Source of the DNA: Phaeosaccion multiseriatum
Taxonomy: Eukaryota; Protista; Ochrophyta, other classes
Length of the DNA stretch: 64,000 nucleotides
Reading direction: 5' to 3'
Assembly (NCBI GenBank): GCA_965112735.1
Contig: OZ218963.1
Span: 2,728,001-2,792,000, forward strand
Of the stretch, positions 32,051 to 46,133 are shown piece after piece (the first letter of the stretch is position 1; each line of letters opens with the position of its first letter). The translations under genes and the position numbers were made by a program. Below the pieces are notes generated by a model that was given only the letters and a program-made list of their open reading frames with translations, had not been told where the DNA came from and ran no database searches.

Positions 32051-33007
32051 GTAGGGGCAACAGAAATCACCAAAAGTCGTGATCTGATCCATGATGTGAT
32101 CCATGGATCATGATTTTGCTGTGTGTGATCCACCAAAGTGACAGGTGTGATCCGATCCGATCATGAGTGAACAACGCATGATCCGATCCATGATGTGATC
32201 CTGCTGGTGGCCCCCTGCCCCTGATCCGATCCATGATGTGATCCATGATCTGCATGATCTTGTCATGATCTGCTCGCCCGCCCATGTGATCCGATACATT
32301 AGTGACCTGATGTGATGCGATCACAGTATATTCACTGTTTATCTCCTTCACATTCTGTGTCCCTGGCCTTACGATCAGCTCCCGACACCTTAGCCTTCCA
32401 CGCAGGGTCCCCCGCCCGATACTCTGTCCTCATGTACTCCATAAAGTCTCTCCAGTTCATGCGCAGCACACACACCATCTCCACCATCTCCACCTCCTTC
32501 GCGTTGAGCAGACTCTGTTGCCTTCCGTAACAACATTGTTAGCTAGCGCAGGAGAGTACACGCTCGCAAAAGCTTTCAGCCATGACACTGCCCAAGCGGG
32601 CCCTCGCCATCGCCGGAATCCAGCCGTACTCGTCCTTCTTCTCCGCCATACGCTTGTACACCTTCATCACATCAAGAGGGAGCAAATTATCGATGACATC
32701 AAGGTCCTCAATCACGTCTACGTCCAAAGCCCCCCCCTCACGACCACACAATCCACTTTGAATAATCGAACACAGCCACAAAAAAAGTAGGATCAGTTAC
32801 ATTTAATGGATTAGAACTGGATCACAGTTGGATCAAGGTTGGATCGTGATCCATGATCTGCATCATCCTCGGTGTGATCCGATCCATGATGTGATCCTGC
32901 TGGTGGCCCCTGCCCCTGATCCGACCCATGATGCGATGCGATCACGACCAAATGGATCATGAATCATGATCCTGGATCATGATCCATTTCATGGTTTCGC
33001 AACACTG
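32051..33007 (-). mobile_element. hAT-like DNA transposon remnant with GATC-rich subterminal repeats
   Basis: AESFCERVLSCAS, then VEMVCVLRMN after a frameshift, matches the hAT C-terminal dimerisation motif; candidate terminus CAGTGTTGCGAAACC at the right end. Confidence 0.7.
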
Positions 33008-33385
33008 ATATTTACTGACTTAATAGGAATCACTTAGAAACTGACTGTGTATGTGTGCGTGTGTGTGCGTGCGTGTGCGCGTGTCTCTGGGGCCCACTGG
33101 GGGGCTGTTACTCCCCCACCTGGTCGGGGGGGGGGAGCGCTGGTCCGGCGCCGCGGTTGTTGAGAAGGACGGGGGTACTACGAGAGGGGGGTGAACTTGA
33201 GGGGGGTTGGCCTTCCATAACCAACATGCTTACCAAATACAACTGTGATAACTCCTCCTGCTCCGTCATAAAATCAAATTCCCGGCCTGGCTGCCCTCCA
33301 GAAAGCCTTGTGTGAAAGGCTTTGCAAGTGAAGGAATATAGCAGAGAGACACACGACGAAGCTGCTGTGCTAGCGAGTCAGCGGC

Positions 33386-34908
33386 ATGGCGAAACCCGGG
33401 CTGAATGTTTCATCGCATCCGGTACGTTGTGGCCTGGCCAACTGCTTTGTCTTTGATGGAAGCTCCTTCTTATGAAAGAAGCTGCTGTTCCTTTGATGGA
33501 AGCTTGTTCTAGTTAAGGCCGATGCTCCATCTGTGTGTCCTGCTGCTGTTGTTGCTGCCGCTACCGCTGCTGTTCCCTGGAGAAAAGATCGTTCAGCACA
33601 AGCTCACACTCATCCGGAAGAAGGACCAGCCCTCAGGGAATTTCCGGTCCCTTTTCCGGGAAATCTCCTTCTACCTCGGATATGAGGCTACACAAGACCT
33701 TCTCACCAGGGAAGTCAAAGTCCGAACCGAGGCAGTGGAAACAAAAGGATATAAGGTATGGGAGGGAGGGGTTGTGAAGGGGAGGGCCACTTATATAAGG
33801 GAGACAGTAGGAAAGGGGAAAAGGCCTTGCTTGGACAAGCAATATCCGCACGCCAAGGCCCCTGCCGCCCCTCCTCCCCGCCCTGCGCCTCTCAGGTGTC
33901 CTCCAAAGTGGCCATCATCCCCGTGCTCAGGGGAGGGCTGGGCATGACCGACTCCCTGCTGGACATGGTGCCCAACGCCCCCGTGTACCACATTGGCATG
34001 TACAGAAGCGCCCAGTCAGAGCTGCCTGTGCAGGTGAGACGAGAAAGCATTGATTGAAGACAGACATTTCAAGAACGCCCATCTCTCTCTTCTCATCTCC
34101 AGTGAGGCACTCGACCTCACGTTGGTCCTGTTTAGCTTGGGATGTCCCAGCATCTAGCTAAATGGCCAGTCTCTCCTCATCTTTTGTCCCTTGTGCACGC
34201 AGTACTACAATAATCTGCCCAAGGGCCACCCTGCAGATGTGGCCGTGGTACTCGACCCCGTCATCGTCAGGGGAAACACCATTTGCGCAGTCATATCCAT
34301 GCTTAAGAAGTGGGGGTGGTACGTTGGGCTACCTTACGGTTGGGGAGGGGAGGGAGGGGGCGGGGTTAGGGGCGCGACACATCTCCTCTCTCTTCTCTCT
34401 TTTCTTCGAGGCAAAGCTACACTCATCTCCCTGCCCAAGCTCAGCTGACAAGCGTCCCCCTCCGCCGCGCCCCACGCCTCTATCGTGTCCCACGCACAGC
34501 CCACAAATCAAACTCATCTGCCTGGTGGCCTCCAAGCCCGGGCTGCAGATGCTTCTAGACATGCACCCAGACGTCTTCGTCCACTGCTGCGCGGTGGATG
34601 AGCTGAGTGTGGAGGTGAGAGAGTCTCGTCGCTCTCCCGCAGTCACTCGAGGGCCCTCGCATGCCCTGCCGGAGTTTGTTGACAGGACCCCAGGGTAGAG
34701 GCTTCAAGTCGCATCTTGCTGATTCCGCCCCCCCTCCTTCTCCGTCTCCTTTACGTTCTCTTTCTGGTCTGGTGTGTCGTCGCGTTGCGCACAGGGGGAG
34801 CTCGTTCCTGGTCTCGGGGACGCGGGGGACCGACTGTACCTTGGCCCGGACCACATTGAGCATCACAGCGAGCAGGACGAGAGCGAACGCAAGAGGATGA
34901 AGGCATGA
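33386..34908 (+). CDS. UPRT: Uracil phosphoribosyltransferase (multi-exon)
   Basis: SHP|[53 protein letters not shown]; GT-AG introns. Confidence 0.9.
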
Positions 34909-35247
34909 TTGGATTGGATTGGTGCGGCAGGGTACTTGCATGCTTTCGCTTTGTCACCAGGAGAGCGTTGCCGTCCTTCTTGTCCGATCCTTCTGTAACG
35001 TTGTCTGACTCGCGCAGAGAGAGATGGAGCCAAATCACAAATTGCCGTTAGACCACCCGGGGCTGTTCTTGACTAGAGGCCTTGGGTCAACATCTCGATT
35101 TTACACACGCTGCTTCTTATTCACAATTAACCCTTTGTACACAAAGGAAAGCAGCCCCAGGCTGCACCAGCACAAGCCGAGTCGTGAGACGGAGCCGAAG
35201 ACTTGGGGGTCCAAGCTGAGGTCCACGAGGGAGGTTTGGGTGGAAAG

Positions 35248-37076
35248 CTACCGCCTTCCCAGCTTGGGATTTTGCTTCCCTTTCTTTCCAGCCCCCGCCC
35301 TGCCGCCAAAGCCAAACTTGATGGGGGCTGCACCTGTGACCACACCTGTGGCCATCGAAGTGCTGCTGCCCGTTGTTGTCCCCGTTGCTGCAGCTCCTAC
35401 TGCCCCGTCCGACGCGATGGATGAGGCTGCTGCCGCTCTCGCGGCCCGTTGCTGCATCTTCTCCCACTCCCTCTTCTCCGCCTATCAACAAAGTCACACA
35501 GAAATGAGGACACAAGAATTATTTCAGAGAGTCGTACTTTCAAATCAGGGAGGCAGGGTTTCAAACGAGTTCCAGTGCTTCTCTCAGCGTCGGCTGCAGC
35601 TGATGCTGCTTGCCGGGGCGACTGACCTTGCCCCGATCGAAGGTCTTGCCCTTCCTCGCCCTCTCGTCCTCCTTGAGCTGCTTTAGCCTGCGAACGTGGT
35701 GGTGGTCGTACGAGCTGAGGTGGTTCTCCATCTCCTTGACCGTTTTGTACTGCTTATCGCAGTCGGGGCAGAAGAACTCGCGATTCATACGCGTAACCTG
35801 TAGATTGATCACGTGTCATTTTGGGATGTTTAGATAAGCCCGGAGAGGAGGGAGGACAGGCCGGTCAGTGCAGGCGTAGGCGACCGCAAAGGAAGGATGC
35901 CAACACCTCACCTCGTCTTTGATGTTCTGCTGTGCCTGTGCGAGGGTCTCTCTGCTCACTTTCTCTTGCGCCGTCTCCTTCTTTTCAGCCTCGAGCAGCT
36001 TGCGCGAGGCTGTCACCTCTGTGTTGTATCTAGGTGGTCACAGACGCCACCGCAGCAGCAGCACGCAAGGAAGCACACAGCGAGTGCGCGGGCGGCGAGA
36101 ACAGCGAAGCATGTTAATACTTGGTCAGAGGGCATCACTGGAGCAGAGGCCCCGAGACTCTCAGGAAGGAGCCCGCGCTGCACAACTCTCCGTCTCTGTT
36201 CAGAGTCGAGATCTCTACCCACGCTGATACATACCACCGCTGCTGCTATTGCTTATTACCCCCTCTGGCTGGAATTCTCTCCCCTCTCTCACCTTTCGTA
36301 CTCGGAGCCTTTGCCCAATCCGAGCCCCGCAGCGCTAGCGTCACCTAAAGCCACAGGGGCGGAGATACCTGCGCGAAAGCGAAACACTCTTAGCTCACAA
36401 TAGTCAGATTGTTTGCTTGGCGTCAGAAAGGTGGTGCAAAGCTGCAAAGGGGGCGCAGAAAAAAAGCAAAGCATACCATATTTTCCTACTTCACATCCAC
36501 TCCTCCGACTTTTGGAGAGAAAGCAAGTGACCATGCCGTCGGGGACGCCCTCTGCAGCATGGGTATAACCTGGCTCCAACCAAGAGACGGTCCTCACCTT
36601 TTCCGTCCTTGCCCAGACCTTTCCCCTGGCCCTTCCAACCCATCTTGACGAGGAGCCTGTAGCCCCGATTGTCCTCTCCGATCGGCTTGTCAAGTGACGC
36701 CGCAGAGAACGAGTTGGGATCCACATAGCCGTACGTCTCGTTCTTGGCGTACAAGCGCTTTCCCTGTCGGTCCTCTTCCTGCTCGACATGGGGCGTACAA
36801 GCAAGCAGAGCAAGAGACGACAAGGGGGGGTCGGTTGTTGTGCTGGAAATTTCCACCAGAGCGAAAGAAAAAGGTTTTCCCAGCCCGTTTCTCTTCAATG
36901 TCCTCGGAGGACCTTGACAGTGAGGGAATGCGTGGACGTCCTCACCCCGCTGTACTCACATCTATCCTGTCGAACACTTCCAGGGCATCCTGTGCCTGCG
37001 CCTTCTCTCGCAGCTTCTCTCCGCGGGTCTTGATCTCGTCACGCTTTTCAGCTCTCTCTACTACTCCTCCCCCCAT
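35248..37076 (-). CDS. G-patch plus C2H2 zinc-finger protein (GPATCH8/ZNF804-like N-terminal module)
   Basis: IGEDNRGYRLLVKMGWKGQGKGLGKDGKG; FFCPDCDKQYK..ENHLSSYDHHH. Confidence 0.85.
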
Positions 37077-37368
37077 CCCCGTCTGGTGTTTCTTCTGGTA
37101 GGCGCTCTGTCCCTCCCCTTCCCCCCCCCCCCTCTGGTGCCATCTGGTGCATAATAGTAACGGGCCCACACACGCTGACTGTGTGTGTGCGTGCGTGAAT
37201 CACCAAACGGGTGAGTGGGTAAATGAGTCGGTTAAGTGGATGAGTGAACGGGTGACTGAATGCATGGGTCAGTGGGTGATTGAGTGAGTGCGTGATTGAG
37301 TACACGTGACGCGTTCTTACACGAAATGTTGTCCATTACTCAAAGTTATTTGAACCGATGGATGGGCC

Positions 37369-39911
37369 TCAAAGCAAAGAGTTGGACACGGCAGGCAGGT
37401 TGTCTCTGAGCCTGGACAGCTTGCAGTCAATGTCCGCCGGTGAGGCCGCTGAGAGCGCCACGCCGCACTTGCTGAAGAAGGCTCTCCCTTCCTCGGCAGT
37501 GCCGAAGCTTAGCTCACTGCAAACAAAGTCCACGGGGATTGTGGGGCGGTACCTGTTGGACATGTCGGGGGGATGGGGGGGGTAGAGTAGTAGTAGGGGC
37601 AGTAAGCAAGGCAGCAGATCGAGTCTGGCGGCGAGCACGCACACAGGCCTTCGGCGCAGATGCTCTCACGATTTGATCATCCGCTGTAGCGCCTGCAGCC
37701 TGACGGAGTCGACCAGCATGTCCATCAAGTACGCGTTCATATTCGGTGCTTCCCTGAATGGGCAGGGCAGGGTATCGGAGTGGGAGGGTGTGAAGGATAC
37801 GCGTACGTGAGTTGAAGAGGAGAGAGGGCAGGCCTGTCTTTCCGGTGCATGAGGGGGGGGAACAGCACACAAGAGGAGAAACAGCAGTACAAGAGAAGAA
37901 ATAACATGCCGGGTGCGAGTCCCCCCTAAGAACGCGCCTGTAGAGCTTGAAGAACGAGTGAAAATTCACATCCGCCATTGCCGCTCGCACGCGTAGTGCG
38001 TGGCGTATGCACTCCTCTCTGTCGAGACGCTGGCGTGAGAGCTCGGACATGATCTCCATGAGGTCTCTGCTGCCCGCTTCGTACCTGCACCGCCGAAGCG
38101 AAAAAGAGAACAAACAGAAACAATGGAAGGAGAGCAAAGAGAGCCACGGCCGATGAGTTGGGGTTGAGACAAGAGACAAATAACAAGCAAGAAAAAGCCC
38201 CATCTCAGCAGTGGATCTCGACTCTCACTTGTCGTTGAGCTGCAGGTACACGTAGTAGAGGACTCGGTAAGCCTTGAACTCCACCTCGGCCCCCGTGAGG
38301 TCCCGCTCATACAGGCCCTTGAGCTGCGTCTGGCACTGATTGAACTCGTTGAGGTCGCCCTGCCGCAAGAGGTGAGGCATACGCAGAGGAGGGGGGTGAC
38401 GTAGACCAAGTGCGCAACGTTAATACGGAAGTGTGAAAGAGTCAACGACAACCCGCTGCGCAGAGTGGGCAGTACGCAATAACGTAAGAACGTACGAAAG
38501 TAGCAACCACCTCAGCAGCTCCGCACCTCTTCCAAAGCCACTCGTGCGTGCGCCTCGTAGACCTCCACTGTAAAGCTGTTGAAGATGCGCTGTACCTGCA
38601 GACACAAAGGTCAAACAACAACGAGACAGACGGGTAGACGTGTAGGTGGGGGCAGGGACGGAGGGGTGGAGGGGGGTCACCACAGAAGCGTGCCGCAGAT
38701 GTAGGCTCAGTAGCGGCGGGGCAACGGCGCAACGGCTCACCGTCGCATCTTGCCGAATAGCCTTGAACTGGCTACACATGTACTCGTAGCTCGGGCCCGC
38801 CTGTCTGCCGGACACGGGCCCGGTGGTGTCCCTGTCCCGCCAACGCCGCTTGAGGTTGTCGAGGTGCTTCTTGAGGACAGGCTCTGGCCGCACCGTCTCG
38901 GGGAGAGGGGCCTGGAGAAGGCCGAAGGTGGGAACAGAGCAGGTTAAGTACGCTGTACCAGCTCTACCACACCCGGAATCTGAATACACGAGTACAGGCG
39001 TGTTCAGCCTTCCATCCCCTCCTTGCCCCCCTTGCTGACACCACATGGCCCCAAAGCGACGCATGCGGCACTTACCGACGTGAGCCGAAAGTACTCCTTC
39101 TCGAGATGGTCACATGTGCCCTTGATGGTGAGCGAGTCCCAGTCCAACTCTCCATTCTCGTCCACTGCCATCTGCGCGCCAGGAATGTGGTTTCCAGCCC
39201 CGTCTCGCGTAGAGTTTGGGATGAGCAGAGAGGCCTTGGAGCCCTTCCTACTGCTGCTGGTGCCAAACCCCTTGCTGGTAGCATCGCTGCTGCTGCTGAA
39301 GCGCTGCTTACGGAGGTTCTGCTTCTTGCGGTCCTGCTCAGTCGACTCAAAACCGTAACCCCTCCCATTCTCGTCGTCGTCAGAGTGCCTGTGAGGATTG
39401 GGGAGGGGATAGAGAGCGAAGAGAGAATATGGGATTTCAGTTTGCTGCTGAGAGCTGAAGCTGAGAACTTCGGGTCCAAACCCTCAACGGCGAAAGTTCA
39501 TAAAATCAATACATTCTATGGAGGCGTCGCCCGCCCGAGACACGTGCCCTTCCCTTCTCTCTTCTACTCTTCTGCTGACTTACTCGGCTCCCTTCCGCTT
39601 GCCCTTCCAGCCGCCCTGCTGGTTGCGCTTTCTCGGAGACGGCTTTTCAGCTCTTTTCCCGCGCCCTGAGAGTTGCCCAGCATTGCCACCACCGGCGCCG
39701 CTACCGGGTGATAAAGAGCCGCGGGGAGGGAGGGGGCCGAGGGTAAGGCGCGTGTGGCTTGGCTGAGTCCGACCATGAACGCAAGTCCAATGGTAGCACA
39801 GCCAGCACGTGACAAGAGAACCGATGACTACGCGGGAAATGTCTCCAGACCTCTGCTAGACTTGTCGAGGTCTGTCAGAGGAATTCCATTTTCCACCCCA
39901 GACACGCACAG

Positions 39912-39993
<82 letters not shown>

Positions 39994-40407
39994 GAAGCTG
40001 ATGTCCACCTTGGACCAGTCCGTGGTCCACAGGGTGCCGCGCTCCTTGGCGTCGTTCACGAGCGCACTCACTCTTGCCTTGACGTACTCCTTCTCCGCCC
40101 AACTCTTGCGCTGCGCACCCATCACGGAGGACGTTACCAGCTCGGCGAGGGCGGGCGGCAGCTCTGGGCAGTGGGAGGGGAGCAGAGGACACGCATCGGC
40201 GACATTGCAGAAGGAAGGATGGGGGATACGAAATGGAAATGAAGAGTCAGCAACAATGACCCGGTCCTGGTCAGCATGCACGCTCTCCCCGCGTGCACTT
40301 CCCATCATCATCATCATCATCATCATCAGTCTACGCCTTAACACATACCTCCCGGAGCCGTACCAGCCGGTGTGGCGTTGACGGCCCCCAAGCCCGAGGA
40401 CGTGAAG

Positions 40408-40439
<32 letters not shown>

Positions 40440-40672
40440 CAGTGCAGCAGCCGCAAACCTGGACTTTGCCGGCTTCCGTTTCGTGGCTACTGCTGCGGGT
40501 GGCATGGGTTTGGCGCCTTCCCGAATGCTCTTCTCGAAGCCGGGGGGGGGGGGAGGCGGGGGGGGGGGGGGGGGGGGGGGGTGGGGGGGTGCTGGCCGCT
40601 ATTCATGCCATCGGCTGCTGCTGCGTTCACCTTCTGCTGATACAGGTAATTGTACTGCACTTGCTGCCTCTG

Positions 40673-40714
<42 letters not shown>

Positions 40715-42690
40715 GTGCTGCTGCTGCTGTTGCCTCGCGTGCTGCTCAGCGTAGTAGGCTTGTTGTTGCTGCTGCTCGTAATAGAGTCGCTGCTGCTCCT
40801 GAGCTGCATGATAGGCTGCCTGCTCTTGGTGCTGGTGATTGTAGAATATCTGCTGCTGCTCCCCTTCGTACGCTTCCAGCTGCTGCATATACTCTTGCTG
40901 CTGTTGTAGCTGCCCCAACTGCTGTCGCTGCTCGTCTGTGAGCTCCGCCTTCTCCTCCTGCAGCTTCAGTAGCGCCTTTAGCTGCTCACCCTGCTCCGCT
41001 GACAAGGCGTGCTGGCAGTACTGCTGCTGCCGGATGTGCTCCAGCCGCTGCAGCTGCTGATACTGCTCCGCGGAAAGCAGGTGCTGATCCCCAAGGTGCC
41101 GCAGTTGCATGAGTTCCTGGTACAGATCCGCCGTCATATGCTGTTGCTGATAGGGATTCTGTTTCAGCTCCAGTAGCTGCTGCAGATGCTGCTCCTGCTC
41201 CCTTGTCATCGGATCTTGGCCCTGTTTCAGCACCTGCAAGTCCTGCAGGAGCTTCTCCTGTTCCGGTGTCAACTGCTGCAGCTGCTGCTGTTGCTGCTGC
41301 TGCTGATGATGATGGTGCAATTGCTGTAGGTGCTGCATTTGCTGCTGCTGCTCGGCCGTGAGCTGCTGCCGAACCTGAAGAGTGGCCAGATCGTGAAGGA
41401 GCTGCTGCTGCTCTGCCGTCATGTGCTGTTGATATTGCTGCTGCTGCTGCTGCTGCTGTAGGTAGCTTAGCTGCTCCAGCTGCTGCTGCTGCACCGTTGT
41501 CAGCTGCTGTTGTTGTTGGAGCTGGTACAAGTGCTGAAGCCGGTGACCCTGCTCTGGTGTCAGTTGCTCGTGGCGTTGCTGCTGCTGCTGTTGGTGGTGG
41601 TGGTGACTTTGGTGCTGGTACTGCAGCTCTTGCAACTGTTGAGCCTGCTGCTCTGACATGGCTTCCTGCTTGCTCTGCATCTCCAGCAAGCTTCGAAGGG
41701 TCTGCTGCTGACCAGGTGATAGCTGCTGCGGCGCTGGCTGGTTCCTTGCCCCGCTCCCCTCCGCATGCTCCTCTGTCGTGCTACTCTGTCTTTCCTCTTC
41801 TTCTGGGGGTGGGGGCGGGGGCGGGGGAGGAGCATCATCATCATCCTCCTCCTCCTCCTCTTCCTCCTCCTCATAGTCCGCCATCACCTCTTGTACTGGC
41901 TCTGCGGCGTTTTCGACAAGCGCCGGCGCGCCTTCTGACGCTGAGGGCGCGTGGGGCCGGGGCTGACGCGGAGGCTGGGGCTCACTTGCTGCTGCAGCGG
42001 CTGCTGCTGCCTCTTTTGCTCTCTGTTCGTAAAAGGCGGCCAAAACTGTAGGGTCCTTTTCTTCTTTGCCCTCCCCCTCCTTTGGCGGCTGCTGCGGCTG
42101 AGCTGCTCCCGCCGCCTCTCCCCAGGGCGGTTCCACTGCAGCCCCTGCCGTGGCCTCACGTTGGTCGTACACAAGGGCGCCTCCCTGCTGCTGCAGAGGC
42201 TGATGAGGAGGATAGTATTGATCTGCTGCCTGTTGCGGATAGTGCTCTTGTTGATGCTGTTGATGATGTTGTTGTTGTTGATAGTACTGCTGTATTTGGG
42301 CATCACTCCACTGCCCACCCTGACATACAAGAGCACGTGCAGCAGCACAAGGGCGACAGTTTGGTGGCAGAGTCAGGATCAACGTGCAGACGACCATCGA
42401 CAGAGAGCGAAAAGCCAAGCAAGAGAAGTGTGGAACGAAGACCAGAGTCTGCCTCCATCTGGTACACACTCGCATAAGATACCTACCGCCGTTCCCTGCT
42501 GCGGCTGTTGTGGGGCATACTGGTAGGTGCTATGGGAGGAGTGCTGGGAATAAGCGTACTGCTGCTGCTGATACTCCGAGCCCCATGCCTGCTGCTGGTA
42601 GGGCTGTGAAGCTGCCGCGTCTTGTGCTGGAGCTGCCGCGCCGGGTGTTGCTCCGGCTTTGTTTACCACCTCCGCGCACCAGTGCGCCAT
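37369..42690 (-). CDS. SAC3/GANP-family protein, LENG8/THP3-like, with long Q-rich N-terminus
   Basis: [66 protein letters not shown] across exons. Confidence 0.85.
39914..39990. repeat. (CA)n microsatellite in an intron
   Basis: Direct observation. Confidence 0.95.
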
Positions 42691-43010
42691 CCCTCGACGC
42701 GCGTCTTCTCCCCTCCAGCGTAGGAATGCCCTTTCTTTCCACTTCGGATGGGAGTGCCACGTCCGTTGATGGAGTTCCACACTCCTTACATAGTGAACAG
42801 AGAATGGAAGGGGGAGGCGAAGGGGGATGGGAAAACGTATGCTTACGTAAGGAGACCGTCGGAGTCCTCTTTCTTCTTCTTCTTTTCTTGCTTCCTGCAA
42901 ATACTTGTACTACGTCCTATTTGCAGCCACGGAACCCCGCTTTCCTCACTGCCCCTGTTGTCTTCACTGGCTGCAGCAGTGTCAGCAAGAAGGAGCGGCT
43001 GCCGCTCATC

Positions 43011-44861
43011 ATGGCGAGCACGAACGTCATAGCTTCCGTGGTCGCTTATAGTTTGTGCAGTGGCACCATGTTGGTGCTGAACAAACTGGCCATTCAAAGC
43101 GTGTCGGGCTGCCCCACGCTGGTGTCCAGCATCCAGTTGCTGGCTACCACTCTTATAGTGCTCTTATTTAGTTCTCCGGCCAGGTTCCCGTGGACGCGTT
43201 TGTGTGGGCCAAGGTCCGTACAAGAAGCAAAGCAAGGGAGGAGGGGACCCCGATCTGCTTTTCTTCCCACCCTTATGCAGCTTGCGCTCTCCTTCCCTCC
43301 TCAACAGATAAAGCCCTACCTGCTCTATGTGGTGCTCTTCGTGCTGGGCGTGTGGTCTAACATGAAGTCGCTGCAGGCGTCGAATGTAGACACGGTAGGC
43401 AGGGAAGGAGGGCGGAAGCAATAACGCTGCTCATGTGCACTTCGTTGACGGGTTTGCTATGGAACTTGAACTCATCAGGTGATTGTATTCCGGGCATGCA
43501 CACCCATCGCCGTGGCCATAATGGACGTCATCTTCCTTGGGCGAGAGAAGCCGAGCAAGCGCTCCCTGTTTGCTCTTTCCTGCCTGGTGATCGGTTCCAT
43601 GGGGTATGTGGCCTCCGATGCCGAGTTTGCCTTAAACGGCTTCAGCGCATACTACTGGGTCACTGCGTACTTTTTGCTCATCTGCATTGAAATGACATAC
43701 GGCAAGAAGCTGGTGAGCACGGTCAAGATGGAGTCGGTGAGCGGCTCTGTGCTATACACAAACATCTTCAGCTGCCCGCCCATGTTCCTCATCGGAGTGA
43801 GATCGGGGGAGTTGAAGAGCTTCAACGCGATGGAGTGGACATCATCAGCTGTTTTCTTTCTCGCCCTGAGCGCCATCGTAGGTGAGAGAGTGCTAGAGTG
43901 GGAGGGAGGGAGGGACAGGGTGGGTGAGTTCACACCCTGGTGGATAGCAAGTGCGTGAGTGGTAAGAGGGTGAAGACAAAAGCACGAGGTCCATAGATGT
44001 GTACACCGTACGACAATTCGGAGTCCGTGCCGTTCGCCAGCAGAGAGGATCGACTGCCCAAGAAGGGCCAGCACGCACACTGGAGGGGCCCATTGTTGAC
44101 GCTCTCTCTGCCCCTGTGGCAACTCGCGTGTCCTCTTCTCCTCCTCCAGGCACCGGCATCAGCTACGCAGGCTGGTGGTGTAGAAGCAAGGTGTCGGCCA
44201 CCACCTTCACTCTTGTGGGGGTCATCAACAAGACCATGACAGTGCTCATCAACATCTTCATCTGGGACAAGCACGCCAGCCCCACGGGCATCTTCTTCCT
44301 CTTCGTCTGCCTGGGGGGAGGGACCCTCTACAAGCAGGTGAGGGCCTTCATCTCTTCACCTGGCACTGTGACACTGTCTGAAGGCGTGACACGGGGACCT
44401 TCCTGCCGCCCTTGGCCCGTGCAATGTACTCCTGCTGCTGCTGTTCCTACTACCACCTTTGCTACTACATCTACTTACCCCATTTCTACTACGACAAACC
44501 ACTACTTCTTCTACTACTCCTGCTGTTGTACTACTACTACTACTACGACAACTACTTCTAATACTGCTCCTATTCTACTACTGCTGCTATACTACTACTC
44601 CTTCTACTACTACTTGTACTATACTACTACTACTGCTGCTACTTCTACCAACACTAATACTACTGCTGCTACCGCGCTACCTGGCTTATCCACACCTCAC
44701 TGCAGGCTCCACTGCGCAAACGCATGCAGGAAGGCGGGGTGGCCATGGGCAGCAACGCCAATGCCGAGCAGGACATCGAGTCCCGGGAGCCCCTCGCCGC
44801 TAAGGGATTGACACCACGCCCGAAACCACAAGGATATCCGTCTTCAGACTCGCAGCGGTAA
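43011..44861 (+). CDS. Golgi nucleotide-sugar (GDP-mannose/GDP-fucose type) transporter
   Basis: YSLCSGTMLVLNK, SNMKSLQASNVDT|VIVFR, SVLYTN, SATTFTLVGVINK; apparent 1-nt frameshift near 43168. Confidence 0.85.
44420..44675. repeat. Degenerate (CTA)n tract in an intron
   Basis: Direct observation. Confidence 0.85.
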
Positions 44862-45263
44862 TCAGGAGTAGTTGGTGCACCGCGTCTTGTACACGCTCGC
44901 CTTCTCCTCCACACCCTCCAGTACCACCTCGGTCTCCTTGCCTGTCCATCCCCAGTTCGTCCTTTGTGGAAAAGGACGAGAAGTGGGGGGGGCAGGCTGC
45001 GAAGAAGTTGCTCCCAGGAGCAGCGACAAGTTCACCGCGGCTGCGAGACTTAGGAGACCCGAACCGGGCAGGGGGGGCAGGGGGTGTTCCGCTGGTGGAG
45101 GAGAGAGGAGCACGCTACTCAGGCCAAACTCGGTTGGCTTGGGGCTGGGCTATGCCTCTCAACAATGCTTTGCATCTGTTTCAATCAAATGGAAATAAAA
45201 TTAAAAGAGGCAGCCCCCCCCAAACCAAAGGGCAAGGCAATTGCATCGCGGGTAAAGCACAAT

Positions 45264-45869
45264 CTAAGGCTGCTCAATCCGTGATAGGATCATCTGTTGC
45301 AACGCGTTATGGTCAGCCCCAACTACCGTGTCGGTGACGGCGCCCTTTCTGATGAGCTTGAAAGTGGGCATGGCCTCCACCTCGTACTCCTCGCTGGCCT
45401 GGTCATTCTTGTCCACATCAACCTGCCGGGGGTAGGTGGTTGGCTGATCGATCAGTAGGGAATGGCACAGCAAAAGTGCCATTCTATCTCCCTCTCTATC
45501 TCTGCCGTGCCATGCTTCGGAGGGATTATAACCTCTGGCTTGTCAGAGCACAGACAAATACAAGACCAAGACATTCATTTCGCTCGCACCTTGAGAAACA
45601 CAACGTCAGACATCTTTTCATCTGATTCCCATGCGGCTATTTTGGGGGCGATTGCTTTGCACGGCCCGCACCACGTTGCGAAGAAATCCACCACCACCTA
45701 AGGAGGGGAGAGGGAAGAGGATTAAGTTTCGGGGTTCATTTTCTTCCCAGGGCTTTCCTTGGCCTCCCCTTCGACCAACGTCGCGCTTCCTTACCAGTTT
45801 GTCGCCAGCAGCCGCCAGTGCCTCACTCAGTTCCGCCATCGTTGTGCATTCCTTCACCTTTGATACCAC
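45264..45869 (-). CDS. TRX: Thioredoxin (start exon uncertain)
   Basis: [17 protein letters not shown]|VDVD, AMPTFK, VVGAD. Confidence 0.92.
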
Positions 45870-46133
45870 AGCAGCGGAAAACCAGTATTCAGTATTCAGG
45901 GGAGCTTCTGATGCACTCTTACGAACCCATCAGCAGCAGCACCACAGCTAGCAACAGCAGGTGGAGGGGGTATGTCGCATATATCTCCTTTTCTTACCAT
46001 GACGGCCGTAGTTTCTTTTTGTGTGTGAGGGGCAGTTTAAATTTCAGTTTTCTCAATGACTTATTCTTTTTCTCTCTCTTACAATGTATTATCATCCTCT
46101 CTATTTCCTTTTTCCCCTCCTTAGGCGACTCCT

